A DNA stretch of 64,000 nt from Chara braunii (lineage: Eukaryota; Plantae; Charophyceae): contig BFEA01000007.1 in assembly GCA_003427395.1 (NCBI GenBank), positions 4,471,248 to 4,535,247 of the forward strand, given 5' to 3'. Below, piece by piece: positions 63,390 through 64,000 of this stretch. Within the stretch, counting starts at the first letter, position 1. Every line of letters starts with the position of its first letter. The translations under genes were made by a program, and so were the position numbers. The notes below the pieces were generated by a model. The model was not told the DNA's origin. It worked only from the letters and a program-made list of their open reading frames with translations, and searched no databases.

Positions 63390-64000
63390 TTAAACCACAG
63401 GTCCCCCCGCCACCAAAAACCCCCGGTACCGGTGAGTTAGGGGAGGGTTTTTCGGAGGTCCCTGGCAACTGTCCCAAGGCCCCACGGTGTAGAGGGCGGA
63501 TGACGGCGGGGTTGCATCGAGCGGTTGCGAAACGGTCGGGTGGTCCAGTTTTTGGGCCGTCGACAATCTGTACCGGACTTTCTCGCTGTGGCGGGAAATG
63601 AAGGGCCGCACTGAAAATGCAAAACAAAAAAAACGAAAACAGATCCAAAAATTCCGCCGTCGTGCGCCTTTTTTTTTATTGTTGTTGTTTTTGTCATTGT
63701 TACCATTGTCCCTGTACTACCGATATGTACATATGAGACGACGATGTGGAAATGCGTCTCCTTTGTGTAGTCGTCTAGGGTTTGGACGTTGTTGACGCTT
63801 TCCCTCCGTTCGGGGTTGTGACACTCATATCCGCCATCGCCACAAGCCCCCTAACCCGACCCTGCCTCCTTGCTATGTTGTTTCCGTTCGCCGTCCTTGC
63901 CGCCTTGTTTCCGCCAGCCTGAACTTGTTCGAGGCGATGTGTTTGGGGTCGTTTTAGCTTTCCGAGGCCGGCGAGTAGTGCGACGATGTGGCCTTGCTCT

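Larger units (their letters stand above)
42580..63392 (+). repeat. Tandem segmental duplication, unit ~10 kb (A ~42580-53560; B ~53763-63392)
   Basis: Long colinear ~90% matches including shared solo LTR, MITEs and LINE; 51925-53560 matches 61981-63392. Confidence 0.92.

Overview
Eukaryotic, repeat-dominated window with no intact host protein gene. The plant-type 18S, standard-code cox1 fragment and repeat landscape suggest a streptophyte, possibly a charophyte alga such as Chara (inference only). 1-3312 is a decayed rDNA unit on the minus strand: 5' part of 18S, interrupted by an ~850-bp insertion with a 7-bp target duplication, then the 5'ETS and a Pol I start-like site. 3313-34934 is one giant (>=31.6 kb) minus-strand Ty3/Gypsy LTR retrotransposon. 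It has a tRNA-Ala PBS, a satellite-filled LTR that may be ~12-13 kb, and degraded gag-pol. Most notably it carries four tandem divergent paralogues of an unrecognised ~260-290 aa protein upstream of gag and an intact ORF in the env position. Nearly every ORF is immediately preceded by a canonical splice acceptor, suggesting complex-retrovirus-like expression. It also has tRNA-Ala 5'-end complementarity in U5 and a mitochondrial cox1 fragment just upstream of gag. 34935-64000 holds AT-rich degenerate arrays, solo LTRs, MITEs, L1-like LINE remnants and a ~10-kb tandem segmental duplication with an N gap. All calls were made by eye; coordinates of degenerate features are approximate.
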